Shown here one piece after another: positions 51,698-64,000 of a DNA stretch of 64,000 nt. The notes below the pieces were generated by a model. The model saw only the letters and a program-made list of their open reading frames with translations. It ran no database searches and was not told where the DNA came from. The stretch comes from the human T2T-CHM13v2.0 reference genome, Homo sapiens. How positions within the stretch are numbered: the stretch's first letter is position 1; every line of letters starts with the position of its first letter. The position numbers and the translations under genes were made by a program. Location: assembly GCF_009914755.1 (NCBI RefSeq), contig NC_060928.1, one strand, 5' to 3'.

Positions 51698-53734
51698 GGC
51701 GGCTTTCCTCTTTTCATCAGGGGACCTACACCCCGGGTGCCCTGGCACAACATGTCCCCATTAAGGGAGTTTTCTCCCCGTCCCCTGCGGGGTATCTCTT
51801 CTCCTGCTCCCTCCTGCCTGCCGGTCCATATCTCTCCTGGTAGAGACGGGAGGTCCCCACCCCACCCTCATGGGCCCTCCACTCCTTGGCAAACTAGCCT
51901 CCCAGTCTCCAGCACACAGTGTCCTCTTTGGGGCGCACTAGGCCTCCCAGGTTGAGAGCAAACCCCTGGTTTCGGATCTGAAGATCCCAGCCCGGCTGGA
52001 GCTCCTCCCCGGGTCCCGCTCTCCTCGCCCCTCACCCCTCTGTGCTCTGCACACACCTAGGCTGCCCAGCTCCACCTGGGTCCATGCCCCGGCCCTCCGA
52101 CAGCATCTCTGCAGGACAATGAGCATTGCAAATGCCCCTTGAGACAGCGATTCCCAGAGCCCCCTGAGGTGTCAACAGGGAGCTGGCCACCATGGAAACA
52201 ACCCAGGCAGCCAATGGCTGGGCTAGTTAGGCAGTGTCCCTGCCCACACCACAGTCCTGAGTGCCACTAACACCAGTGCATTCGTCCATGGGGGGAGCAC
52301 CTGTCAGGCACCAGAGCAAGGCACGTGGGGACATGGGGGTCTCGTCATGCATGAAGCTGGCAGGTTGCAGGGGGGGGTGACGAACAGTGAACAGCGAGGT
52401 GAGTGCCCTCTGCAGCTGCTACGGCTGCCATGGGCACAGGCGGGCGGATGGGCCTCATGAGGACAGGACATCTGCACCAAGCACTGAAGGACACAGCTGA
52501 AGAGGGGATGGAGGTACAGAGGCTCCGAGGCCAGGCGGAAACAAAGGCAAGCGGAGGATGTTGAGCGGCCATGAGGGAAGCCTCGAAGGCCAGGACTAAG
52601 CATGCCAACTCCCTTCCTGAGCTCTCAGGCAGCCCCAGGGCAGGGTGAGCACAGAGATGCAGTGAGAAAATCCACCAGGGCGGATCGGAGGGGATGGTGC
52701 TGCGTCTCCCTGTTGGGAGGTGCCGCTCCTCCACCACTCCCTGCCTTCTGTCCCCAAGGAGGCACTCGCCCAGGCCGGAAACTGGGCCGTCTCCTGCTGC
52801 CCCTCCCTCTCCACACCCACAGCCCCTCCACACACAGCTCGGCCCAGCCCCCGTCGGCAAGAAGAACGCATGCTAAAACCAATAGCGATCCATCTCCCTG
52901 CCTGCAAAATGCAGACCACATGCCCCGTCTGCCTCCTGAATCAATAAAGACAAATAATCCAACAGAAAAATAAGCAAAGAAAGGGACAGGAAATTCACAG
53001 AGACACAAATGTGCCGGAAATGTATGAAAACGCTCTCAGGCTCCACAGTGCCAGGAAGGCCCCCTTTTCCCATGGTCTGGCAAATATTTAAAAGACTGAC
53101 AGTGTCCTGAGCTGGGCTCGGAGGGACCAGGGACGAGGGACTTGTGCCCTTTTGGTACAGGTACAAATCAGGACAGCCACTGGGGAGGGTGGCTTGGCAG
53201 AAGGCATTTCTATCCAACAATTCCTCTTCCAGGAATATCCCTTACATGTCTATTTGCATGTGGGTGCAAAGACATACGTGTGAGAATTTTCATCTCCACT
53301 AGGTGCACACAAGGTGTGCTAAAATCTGAAAGTACTTGGGAGCCAGTGCGTCCCATGCGCTTCTGATGGGCACAGTGGCAAGGACCCAGCGTCACCGAGG
53401 CAGGCCCTTGTCCAAAATGCTCAGCCAAACCCAGACATGAAGAAACAGACCAGTCCTGATGGTGGGACATGCCACAAGGCCACAGGTCTGGACTTTTCAA
53501 GTGTGTCCGTGGCACAAAAGAAAGATAGAAAAGGAAAAAAGGTAGGGAGAACATTCCAGAATAAAAGCTACTAAGGACAACGACACATGATAACCAACTG
53601 CAATGCATGATTCTGGGTCGGATCCTGGAGGAGAAAAGGTAAGCAAATACCCGCAACAGACAACTAGGGGTAACCGGGGCAGCCAGAAAGTGGACATTGC
53701 ACAGGCGATGTTTTGCTATCGATAGGTACTAATG

Positions 53735-54095
53735 TATTGCTATGTCTGAATGCCTGCGTTCCCCAAATTCATGTGTCGAAGTCCTTGCCCCCAGTGTGAG
53801 GGTGTTAGGACGTGAGGCCTTCGGAAGGTGATTAGTTCATGAGTGTGGAAGCTTCATGAATGGGATTAGTGCCCTTTCAAAAGAGACCTCAGAGAGCTCC
53901 CTCGCCCCTTCTGAGTGTGAGGACACAGTGAGAAGACGTCATTGATGAACCAGGAAGCAGTCCTTTCCAGACACTGCATCTGCTGGTGCCTTCATCTGGG
54001 ACCTCCAGCCTCCAGGACTGTGAGAAATCAATGTCTGCTGTTTATAAGCCGCCGGGCTGTGATATCCTGTGAGAGTGGCCCCAGTGGATGAAGAC
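53735..54095 (+). mobile_element. MaLR LTR (MLT1A0/MSTD-like)
   Basis: TGCTATGTCTGAATG...CCCCAAATTCATGTG...CCTCCAGGACTGTGAGAAATCAATGTCTGCTGTTTATAAGCC. Confidence 0.8.
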
Positions 54096-54409
54096 AGATG
54101 CTCTCAAGGAGCGCAGATGACGCGGGTTCCGAAGGACTCGGCACCCAGCCCGGAGGCCGGCAACATGGGCAAGGGGCCTCTCACGGCTGACCTGTTTCCT
54201 CATCAGCACATCAGGACAATAAGAGCTCCCACTTCACAGGTGGTGAAGAGCCAACGTGGTGAAGAATGAATAAAGCAGCTCGTGGAAAGTGCTGTGCATG
54301 AGGCCTGGCAACCGGTCCCTGCTCTGAGGTCACCTGCCACGGAGCTGCTGACAGGACCATTAAAAACACAATTGTGCAAGTGCTCACCCACATTCACAGC
54401 AGCAGAATC

Positions 54410-54850
54410 TCCACCAGCCAAGCATTGGAGACGATCCTTGCATCCATAGACATGAACAGATGAGCAAAACGTGGTCTATACGGACGATGAAATAGCACTC
54501 AGCCCTAAGAAGAAATAAAATCCCGACAGAGGCTACAGCATGGATGGCTCTTGAGGACACCATGCCCAGTCCCAGAAGGACAAATATCACAGGATGCCAC
54601 TTATATGAGGTCCCAAGAGTCGTCAACTTCATAGAGATGGAAAGTAGAAGGGTGGGTGGCAGGGGCCGGGGAGTTAGTGTTGAAGGGGGACACGGCTTCT
54701 GTTTGGGAAGATGAGAGGGTCCTGTGGATGGATGGCATTGCTGGTTGCACAGCACCGTGTAAGTGTATGTGTTTAGTGCCACAGGATGGCACACTTAAGA
54801 ATGGTCTAGATGGAAATATAATGTATACATAGTACCACTGTTTTAAAAAA
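54410..54850 (+). mobile_element. L1MB-type 3' fragment
   Basis: CATGGATGGCTCTTGAGGACAC...CCACTTATATGAGG...CACTTAAGAATGG. Confidence 0.72.
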
Positions 54851-55249
54851 TGATGCCAATAGATGCTCTCTGTACCCAGGGCAGCAAAAATCCAAAACTA
54901 GACATGGGGGAAGGGCTCTGCAGTACCAGGTGGGGGCCTCGCCTTCTGCACCCCACGTGGCTGACTTTGTTTGTCAGTGGCCTGTTGCCCACCTGAGTAC
55001 CCGGGACCCACCAGACAACTCGTGGTCTGCAGGGCATCTGCCAACAGCACCACTGTCTGAGTCATGCCGACAAGGCCGAGGGAAGCGGAGGAAGGAAGGT
55101 GCATGACATTTTCCCACTCAGTGTGGCTAAATGTACACCTCACTGCCTAGTGCCATGTCCTGCCACGTGGCCTCGGGTCCAGCTGCAACCTTCCAGAGCA
55201 CACAGCGGGGCCTCCCCGCTCAGGCCTCAGGAAACCAAGTCCTGTCACT

Positions 55250-55570
55250 CGCTACTATGGTCTGAATGTTTGTGGCTCCCCCTCCAAATTTGTGTGAGAA
55301 AATCCTAACTCACAAGGCAATGTATTAGGAGCTGGGCCCTTGGGAGGTGATTAGGTCATGAGGGTGGGGCCCAAAGAGCTCATTGTCCCCTTCCATAGGA
55401 GGACACAGTGAGAAGGCCCCATCTATGAGGAGGCGGCCCCCAACAGAGCCCACTCTCCGTGCCTCCCTCTGGGACTTCCAGCCTCCAGAAGTGTGAGAGT
55501 TCAACGTCTGTCTTTGTAAGCCGCCCAGGCTGTGGTATTTGTCACGGCAGCCGGGCTGACTCATACACTG
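55250..55570 (+). mobile_element. MaLR LTR (MSTD/MLT1A-like)
   Basis: GCTACTATGGTCTGAATGTTTGTG...GGAGGTGATTAGGTCATGAGGGTGG...GGACTTCCAGCCTCCAGAA. Confidence 0.78.
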
Positions 55571-56104
55571 ACCTGGGCACTCCTCAGGCCCTTAGTCCCC
55601 AGCAGGCGCTAGGACCCCCCCACTCTGCTTTAGGGGCTCACTGGCTCAAGGGATCCTGAGCTGGGTGAGACAGTCCCTGCTCTGGGAGTCCCTGGTCAAG
55701 GAAGACAGACAGAAAGGGCATGAACCCCGGACAAGTGGACAAGCCCATGCCTCACAGGGACAAAGACAGTGGGGGCGGCCAAGGGCCTGGGGAGTGGCCA
55801 CAGACATCGTGCCCCATGGGGCAGGCCTCTGGTGGATTTGGGTGAAGGGGCAGGGGAGCGGGGGCGTCCCATGAGGGGAACCGCCTGTGCAAAGACACAG
55901 GGCTGGGGAAGGGCCTGGCCCTCATGGGAGCCCCTAAGAGCTCAGCCTGGCCGGGCACAGGCGGTGGTGAAGAAGGGATGGGAGGTGCAGTTGGCGAGAG
56001 GCAGCCACGTCGCAGCCCCTCAGCCAAGCTGTGGAGTCGCTCCCTGAGCACAGGGCTCACAGGCCAGCCTGACAGGGTCCTGCCCTCAAAATGCCCCCAC
56101 CAAG

Positions 56105-56745
56105 TGTCAAATGGTGCAGCCACTGTGGAAAAGTAGGGTGGGCCCTCGAAAACTTAGAGATAGAATGGCCATTTGATCCGGCAGTCCCACTTTCTGGGTA
56201 TTTACCCCAAAGAACAGAAAGCAGGCTCCCTAGGAGATACCTACACACCCACGTTCACAGCAGCCTTAGTCACATCAGCCAAGAGGCAGAAGCCGCCCAG
56301 GTGCCCTCCGGCAAATGAACTGATAAACAAAATGTGGCCCAGCCATTCAGTGGAATATTATTCAGCCTTAAAAAGGAGAGGAATTCTGACACAGGCTATG
56401 ACATGGATGACCCTTGAAGACATTACGCTGAGTGAGATCCCAGTCACAGAGGGCAAATAGTGCAGGATTCCACTGATAGGAGGCCCCTAGAGTTGTTGAA
56501 TCCACAGAGACAGAAGGAATGGGAGTGACAGGGGCTGGGTGTGGGAGAATGGGGAGTGAGTGTTTAAGGGGGACAGAACCTCAGTTGAGGGAGATGAAAA
56601 AGGTTCTATGGATAGACAGTGATGATGGCTACATCATCATTCAACCGTGTGAATGGACTTAATGTCACTGAATGGTATGCTTAAAAATGGTTAAAATGGT
56701 AAATTTTAGGGTGAGTGTATTTAATCACAATAAAAAATAAAATTT
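56105..56745 (+). mobile_element. L1MB-type 3' end
   Basis: AAATGGTGCAGCCACTGTGGAAA...ACATGGATGACCCTTGAAGACATTACGCTGAGTGA...CTTAAAAATGGTTAAAATGGTAAATTTT. Confidence 0.82.
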
Positions 56746-56760
56746 AAAAATACAAAACAA

Positions 56761-58656
56761 TCATATGGAACCAAAAAAGAGCTCATATAGCCAAGACAAA
56801 CCTGAGCAAAAAGACCAAAGCTGGAGGCATCATGCTACCTGACTTCAAACTATACTATGAGGCTACAGTAACCAAAACAGCATGGTACTGGTACAAAAAC
56901 AGACTCACAGACCAATGGAACAGAATAGAGATCTCAGAAATTAGACCACACATACACAACCATCTGATCTTCAACAAACTTGAGAAAACAAGCAATGGGA
57001 AAAGGATTTAATGAATGGTTTTGGAAAAACTGGCTAGCCATATGCAGAAAATTGAAACTGGACCCCTTCCTTATACCTTATACAAAAATTAACTCAAGAT
57101 GGATTAAAGACTTAAACGTAAAACCCAAAACAATAAAAACCCTAGAAGAAAATCTAGGCAATACCATTCAGGACACAGGTATGGGCAAAGATTTCATGAC
57201 AAAAACATCAAAAGCAATTGCAACAGAAGCAGAAATTGACAAATGGGACCTAATTAAACTAAAGAGCTTCTGCACAGCAAAAGAAACTATCATCAGAGAC
57301 TGGGTGCAGTGGCTCACGCCTGTAATCCCAGCACTTTGGGAGGCCTAGGTGGGTGGATCACCTGAGGTCAGGAGTTCAAGACCAGCCTGGCCAACATGGC
57401 GAAACGCCGTCTCTAATAAAAATACAAAAATTGCCGGACATGGTGGCAGACACTTGTAATCCCAGCTCCTTGGGAGGCTGAGGGCAGGAGAATTGCTTGA
57501 ACCCAGGAGGCGGAGGTTGCAGGGAGCCGAGATTGCACCATTACGCTCCAGCCTGGGCAACAACAGTGAAACTCTGTCTTGAAAAGAGAAAACGGAAAAG
57601 GGAAAAGGGAAAAGGGAAGGGAGGGGAGGGGAGGGGAATGGAAGGGAAGGGAAGGGAAGGGAGAAAAAAAGAAAAGAAACTATTATCAGAGTGAACAGAC
57701 AACCTATGAAATGGGAGAAAATTTTTGCAATCTATCCTTCTGACAAAGATCTAATATCCAGAATCTACAAGGAACTTAAACATATTTACAAGAAAAAAAC
57801 AACCCCATCAAAAAGTGGGCAAAAGCCATGAAGAGACACTTCACAAAAGAAGACATTTACACAGCCAACAAACATATGAAAAAAGCTCAACGTCAATGAT
57901 CATTAGAGAAGTGCAGATCAAAACCACGATGAGATACCATCTCACACCAGTCAGAATGGCGATTATTAAAAAGTCAAGAAACGACAAATGCTTGCGAGGC
58001 TGTGGAGAAACAGGAATGCTTTTACTCTGTTGGTGGGAATATACATTAGTTCCACCATTGTGAAAGATAGTGTGCTGATTCTTCAAAGATCCAGAACCAG
58101 AAATACCATTTGAACCGGCAATCCCATTAGTGGGTATATACCCAAAGGAATATAAATCATTCTATTATAAAGATACATGCATGTGTATATTCATTGCAGC
58201 ACTATACACAATAGCAAAGGCATGAAATCAACCCAAATGCCCATCACTGATAGAATGGATAAAGAAAATGTAGCACATATACACCGTGGAATACTATGCA
58301 GCCATAAAAAAGGAAAGAGATCGTGTCCTTTGCAAGGACATGGATAGAACTGGAAGCCATTATCCTTAGCAAACTAACACAGGAACAGAAAACCAAACAC
58401 TACATGTTCTCACTTACAAGTGGGAGCTGAACAGTGAGAACACATGGAAACGGGGAGACGAACAACACACACTAGGGCCTGTCAGAGGGGTGGGGGGAGG
58501 GAGAGCATCAGGATAAATAGCTAATGCACGCAGGGCTCAATACCTTGGTGTGGGTTAACAGGTGCGGCAAACCACCATGGCACACGTTTACCTGTGTAAC
58601 AAACCTGCATGTCCTGCACATGTATCCCAGAACTTAAAGTAAAATAAAATTAAGAA
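56761..58656 (+). mobile_element. 5'-truncated primate L1PA (older subfamily): ORF2 C-terminal remnant plus 3' UTR
   Basis: ORF2-like peptide [30 protein letters not shown] and an L1PA 3' UTR. Perfect 15 bp TSD AAAAATACAAAACAA at 56746-56760 and 58657-58671. Confidence 0.93.
57298..57671 (+). mobile_element. Alu (AluS-like) inside L1PA, tail converted to GA-rich repeat
   Basis: TSD AAAAGAAACTAT(C/T)ATCAGA at 57279-57297 and 57672-57690. Confidence 0.94.
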
Positions 58657-59927
58657 AAAAATACAAAACAAAAGCAATGCTCCCCATCTGGTGAAGGAAA
58701 CAGAGAATGTGGTCAAACACACCACAGGGAGCCATGCAGTGGGATCCTACACGGCAGCTAAGGAATCAGCCATGGCAGGGGATTTCATGCCAGGCAGGAA
58801 CTTCGTGAAACAGTGCCAGAGGAGGACCGCATCGTGCACCACCTGGAGGCTTGGAAACCTGGCGGGGAGCATGGGGGAAAGGGGGCAGTGACACGGGGGC
58901 CTTGCCTGCATGTGGGAGCCACACGTGGCCTCTCTTTAACCGGCTTCAATGCCCCTTCAAAAACAAACGCGCATTCTGTCTGTGATACCGTTACTCCCAT
59001 GGCCACTGCTACTGATGATGGAAGCAATGATGATAAAATCGACCCCAGAGAATACACAAGAGGGCAGTGACCCAGGGGAGCTGGGGCCTCCTGAAGGTCC
59101 CACGGAGGCCAGCAGAGAGTAGCACCCAGACACATGTGGAAGGAGGGAAAGGGCTGACGATATTCAGAAAAGAGTGCATTTACCCCAGCTCCTGAGTCAG
59201 GGTGGGGTTCAGGGCAGGGAGGTGGCTGCCAAGAAGAGCTATGAAGAATTAGAAGCTGGACCAATGCAGAGGAGGCCTGGGTGGTGTGAACGGTGTTTTT
59301 CTAGAACTCCTTACTCATTAAAATCCACGGTAAAGCCTGCAGCTGTGGGCTGGTCTCCAAGGCCACTGAACCTGACCTCAGGCTCAGGTGGACCCTGCCC
59401 CTGTCTCCAGGCCCCTGAGCTGCCCTTGCCTTAGCCTCACCTGTATAGATATTCTCGCCATCCTGCAAGTCATCTCCAGGTAGCGGGAAGGGACTGGGAC
59501 TGGGAACAGACAGCCCTGAGCTCAAATCATAGCCTTGTCTCTTCCCGGCCATGTGACCTTGGCCACCCCCTCTCCCCACCCCCCGGAGCCCTAAGTATTT
59601 CTAAGAATTCTGGAATCACTCTAAAGAGATCACAAACATCGAAGTGCCTGGCCCTAAGCAAACAAAAGCTATAATCTTATGGATTATAAGACCCACAAGT
59701 CCAAGCCCCAGACATGACCTGCAGTTAATTACCAGCCCCTCTTCCTCCTCGGCAAATCACAGCCACACATGCCTCCTTCACAGCTTTCCCCGCAGCTAGC
59801 TTCCGTTGGCCTGAAGCTCACAGGCACCCAGGGAATGATCTTTGCCAAACACATGCACCAACATTTGAATAATTCAACTTCCATAAAAGGGGAAGGGAGG
59901 TTATGCTTAATATTAAGCAGACTATGC

Positions 59928-60051
59928 TTTTTTATTTTTTATTTTGTAGAGATGGAGTATCGCTATGTTGCCTAGGCTAGTCTCAAATTCCTGACCTCAA
60001 ATGATCCTCCTGCTTTGGTCTCCCAAAGTGCTGGGATTACAGGAATGAGCA
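59928..60051 (-). mobile_element. FLAM / Alu left monomer
   Basis: TTTTGTAGAGATGGAG..CGCTATGTTGCCTAGGCT...CCCAAAGTGCTGGGATTACAGG, a single arm. Confidence 0.85.
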
Positions 60052-63000
60052 CACAGTTCTGCTCCTAGTATCAGCCAGTTATGCTTGATATTAGGAGCAG
60101 GTTCACGTGCAGATCTATCCACAGGAGACCTATTTGGGAGGGCGCCTGTGAGTTCTAAGTAAAGGAGAATTTGCAACCAGTGCTACTTGCCACACTGTAT
60201 CTAGGGTCCCATCTTAAATTTCATATGTCCACCTGGGTGGGGCCAAATGCTCCGCCTGCACTTTGAGTAGAGAGCGAATACATGCACCCTGGATCTGAGA
60301 AGAGGGGGAGGGCCCCCCCAGCTCCATGCAGGAGCCCACCAGAAAACCTAACCATGGGTGCACAGGGGAACAAGCTGCTTGGCCATGTCATCCTGGGGCC
60401 AGCGGGGCGCCGTGACCAGCCCACCTCCCTCCAGCTGCAAGCCCAGCCTCTAGTGGCGCAGCTGTTCGAGTTGTCCTGAGTCAGGTGGCACCATGGGAGA
60501 TAGAGGGTTCTATTCCTGGCATAACTAACCCTCTTTCCTGGATCTGGGACAGCAAGGGCCAGGACACTGTCCAGGTCTCCACATCGGCTCGAGCCCCTCC
60601 CAGAGTGTCTGGGTCTCACAGTCTCTATGGCACTGACCCCCACTGCTGTAACTGCCTGCTCCCAGCTGGTCTCTCCTGCTGCCCGCACTGCCCGAGGGCA
60701 TGGACTCTGCCTCACCTCACTGCCCCAACATCACCCCTGGGGCCAGCACCGAGGTGCAGCCCAGGGGGTGCACTGGCAGACTGCATTACGATGACTCTCC
60801 ACCTTCGGGCACAGAGGGCACATGTCCTGGTCACCCGGCTTCCCCATTGCCCTCCCTGGCCCAGGAGTTAAAGAGCCACTAGCTTGAACAAGATGCTGCT
60901 AAGCCTCAAAACAAGTGCCCACCCCAGCCCTCTGCTGCTCTTGAGTGAAATTATGACAAGGGCTGTGGGTGTGCTGCATGGGCTCACTGGGGTCAGCTGC
61001 TGAATGGTGCATGGTGGGCGCTGGCATCCTTGATGTGTGCTCGCAGCCACGAGGTGGGCACAGAGGGGGACCAGGGCTCCTGAATCAGCGGCCTTGCCCT
61101 TGATGGCCCTCACTCTTCCCCTGCACGGTTGGACAAAGGTGCCACTTCCTGCAATTGTGCAGCACCAATTGTCCCCTCTCTGGACCCTGCCCTCCCCAAG
61201 GACAACACCATCCCTTTCTGGTCAACGAGCCCTCAATGAGAACATCAGCCTGGCCCGGCCCTTGAGGAACCTCAGGTCTGGGGAAGGTGGGAGGGCGAGG
61301 AAGATAGCTCAGTGAATGAGAGAGGAGGCACAGGGACGTGGCCTTGGGACCTGTTCCCTGAACACTCTCAGCCAGCTTCCCTCCCCTCTGCAGGCCCCCT
61401 CTTCCCATCTGCAAAGGCCCCAGTCCTCCCTTGACCCTGGCAATACCGGCTCTTGTCCTTCTTCTCCCCTTCCTTCATGGCTAAACGTCTTGAAAAGGGT
61501 GTCAGTGTCAACAGTGCCCATACTGGGAGCGGGGGCGAGAGTGGGGGGGGGGGGCGTCTGCAAATGCATCTCCTGGGGCCTGCCCAGCTCTATCACAGCG
61601 TCCCAGGCTGAGGCCCAGGCATCTGCCTGTTGTACTGTCAGCGGTCTCCACCCCTCTAAGGAAGGAGCTTCCTTCAGACACTGACTCCCAGGCCCCCAAG
61701 GCTGGGTTCCCTACACTGTCACTGAGCACGTACTACCAGCCAGGTGCTATGGGAGGTACCGGAGGACCACGGTGCACAAAAGGCAGATAGCACTGTGGAG
61801 CCCTGCACCCTGCACCCTACCCAGGGCCTAAGGTCAGGGCACGGATGAAATTCCTCAAACACATACTCTCCCTCCCATCTCGGGGGCTCTGCACTAGCTG
61901 TCCCTGCTGTCAGGTGCCCTTCTCCCACTGCTTTGTCTGGCTAACTCCTACTTGGTTGGATGTCACCTCCTTCAGGAAGCCTGCCAGGATTTCTCTCTCA
62001 GGCCAGGTTCACTTTCTCTCTGGCCCCACAGCCTGCCTCCCTGAGAAGTGCTTTCTCATGGAGTGTCATCGCTTACTGCATGCCTTCTTTGTTGGCTGGG
62101 TGCTCCTGGAGGGAAGAACTGCCTCCAGTGCCCAGCAAGAGGATCGACATGCTCCAGGGAACATACCACCTCTAGCCTCCCCGCCAAGCCTGTGGATGCT
62201 GCTTGGCTGCATGTTAGAGGACACGGCTGCCTGTCAGCCCTGGGGTGGGGCCAGGCCTTTGCAGCAGGCTGGGGGGTCTTCTGTGAGGGGCATCCTTCCT
62301 GGTGTTGGTCTCCTCGGGGAGCGGCAGGTCCTCACCGAGGAAACTGGCGCTCGGAGGGGAGGACTTAGGTCCTGGGAGAAACCACCAGCCCCCACCCTGA
62401 AAGCTGCCCCTTGGGGACTTCCCAGGTCAATGCCAAGGAGGGGCCGGCTGTAGCCTGATGGTCCTCTTCCTCCCAAGTCCAGAGCAAAGTCCTGCTGGCA
62501 TCTCCTGCTGGGCCACAGGGGTGCCTGGCAGAGTTGGGGAAAGGGAAGGGATCAAAGCACCCAGCAGAGCCTCAGCGGGGAAGCAGCCCCTGGTGCTCGG
62601 CCAGAAATTCCTGGTAAAATCCCAATTTCCAGCAAAATACTCTTTCTAAGTTGTCAACCTCCTAGGAGGCTGTGGGTCACATTTTAAGGAAGAAGAGAGA
62701 GAGACAGTTTCTAAGTCCCTTCCAGAATCCGCATCCACCCCCTATGGCAGTGATGACACTGCCCCTTATGCCCCAGGGCCGCCGCTGGGGGACTTGTTCT
62801 ATTTGAAAGGCAAGGCGTGGAGGAGAATCACAAATACGCAGACAGCACATAAAATGACTCCCGCGCTGAGCTGCGAGAAGGCTTGTGAAAGCCTCGCAGG
62901 AAGCTGACCCACATTTAATGCAGATTATGGAGGGAGGGAGGGAGGGCGCCATTCAGCTGAGCACAGGGTCTGGAAGGACACAGCCTGAGCTCCAGTGCCA

Positions 63001-63555
63001 GCCCAGCGGGTGACGCGGGGCAGGCTTCTCCATGTCACTTTGCCTCTATGTCCCCGCCTGTAAAATGGGGAGTCACAGCTCCCCACCCCACCACCTGGTG
63101 TGAAGAGGACTCACAGAGGTGACGCGGCCCACACTCAGCCAGTGTTATGACCCCCGCTATGCTGCTGTTCTCTACCAGCCACCGGGCACCCTTTTATCAA
63201 GAAGCGTGAGCTCTTTGGAAAGCATAAAAATGCACCATCCGCAAAAGGGATGTTTTTTATCAGGCGCAGAACTCTTTGTTCCCTATTGGCCTGAGAATTT
63301 GAAAGAACCCGTGGGGAGACACGCTCTGGGGAGGCGGCAGCACTGAGTGGGTGTTCTGAGAGGCAGGCATGCCAGTGGGAAGCCCACCTCCCATCTTTAC
63401 CAGCCGTGTGACCTGGGGCGGGTCGTGCCTCCTGTCTTATCCAAGCACCCTCATCTGCCAACTGGGAGCAGTGACATCACCCCACAGGGCTTTGTGGTGT
63501 CGGAGATCAATCTACAGCCTCGCTCCTGTGCCCAGTGTTGCTAGGTGCTCTGTAA

Positions 63556-63866
<311 letters not shown>

Positions 63867-64000
63867 AGGTATTGATTTTCATTAGACAAATCAATCACTC
63901 CCTTTGGATCCCACTCTGGTGAGCGCCGGGGGTTCCTGAGGTTGCCAGCACACCCAGGATATATTTAGCTCTCTGCTGGAGCCCTGCTGGGTGCTAGCAT

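Noticed and set aside
56980-57348. Reverse-transcriptase-family (L1 ORF2) protein gene
   Set aside because: A dead, 5'-truncated L1 fragment interrupted by an Alu.

Overview
Human (primate) genomic DNA: GC-rich, CpG-depleted and rich in Alu/L1/MaLR repeats. The window lies inside the minus-strand gene ABLIM2 (actin-binding LIM protein 2), recognised from the translated peptide. Three coding exons are present with canonical AG/GT boundaries and a continuous frame: 25062-24919 (144 nt), 15709-15526 (184 nt) and 6713-6598 (116 nt). They encode the first two LIM domains. The rest is intronic: Alus, L1/L2/MIR fragments, an LTR2 (HERV-E) solo LTR, a MER4-type LTR, about ten MaLR LTRs, DNA transposons (MER20, MER82-like, MADE1), several minisatellites and a ~740 bp AT-rich tract. 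I see no CRISPR array, tRNA/rRNA gene or convincing novel protein-coding gene. The best leads are a possible exon 2-4 circRNA whose back-splice junction would create an in-frame AUG and a stop-free ORF, a candidate alternative first coding exon near 46 kb, a tandem MEF2 element, a minisatellite of GCM-type motifs and a sense-oriented LTR2. Repeat subfamily names come from recalled consensus sequences, and old repeat boundaries are approximate.
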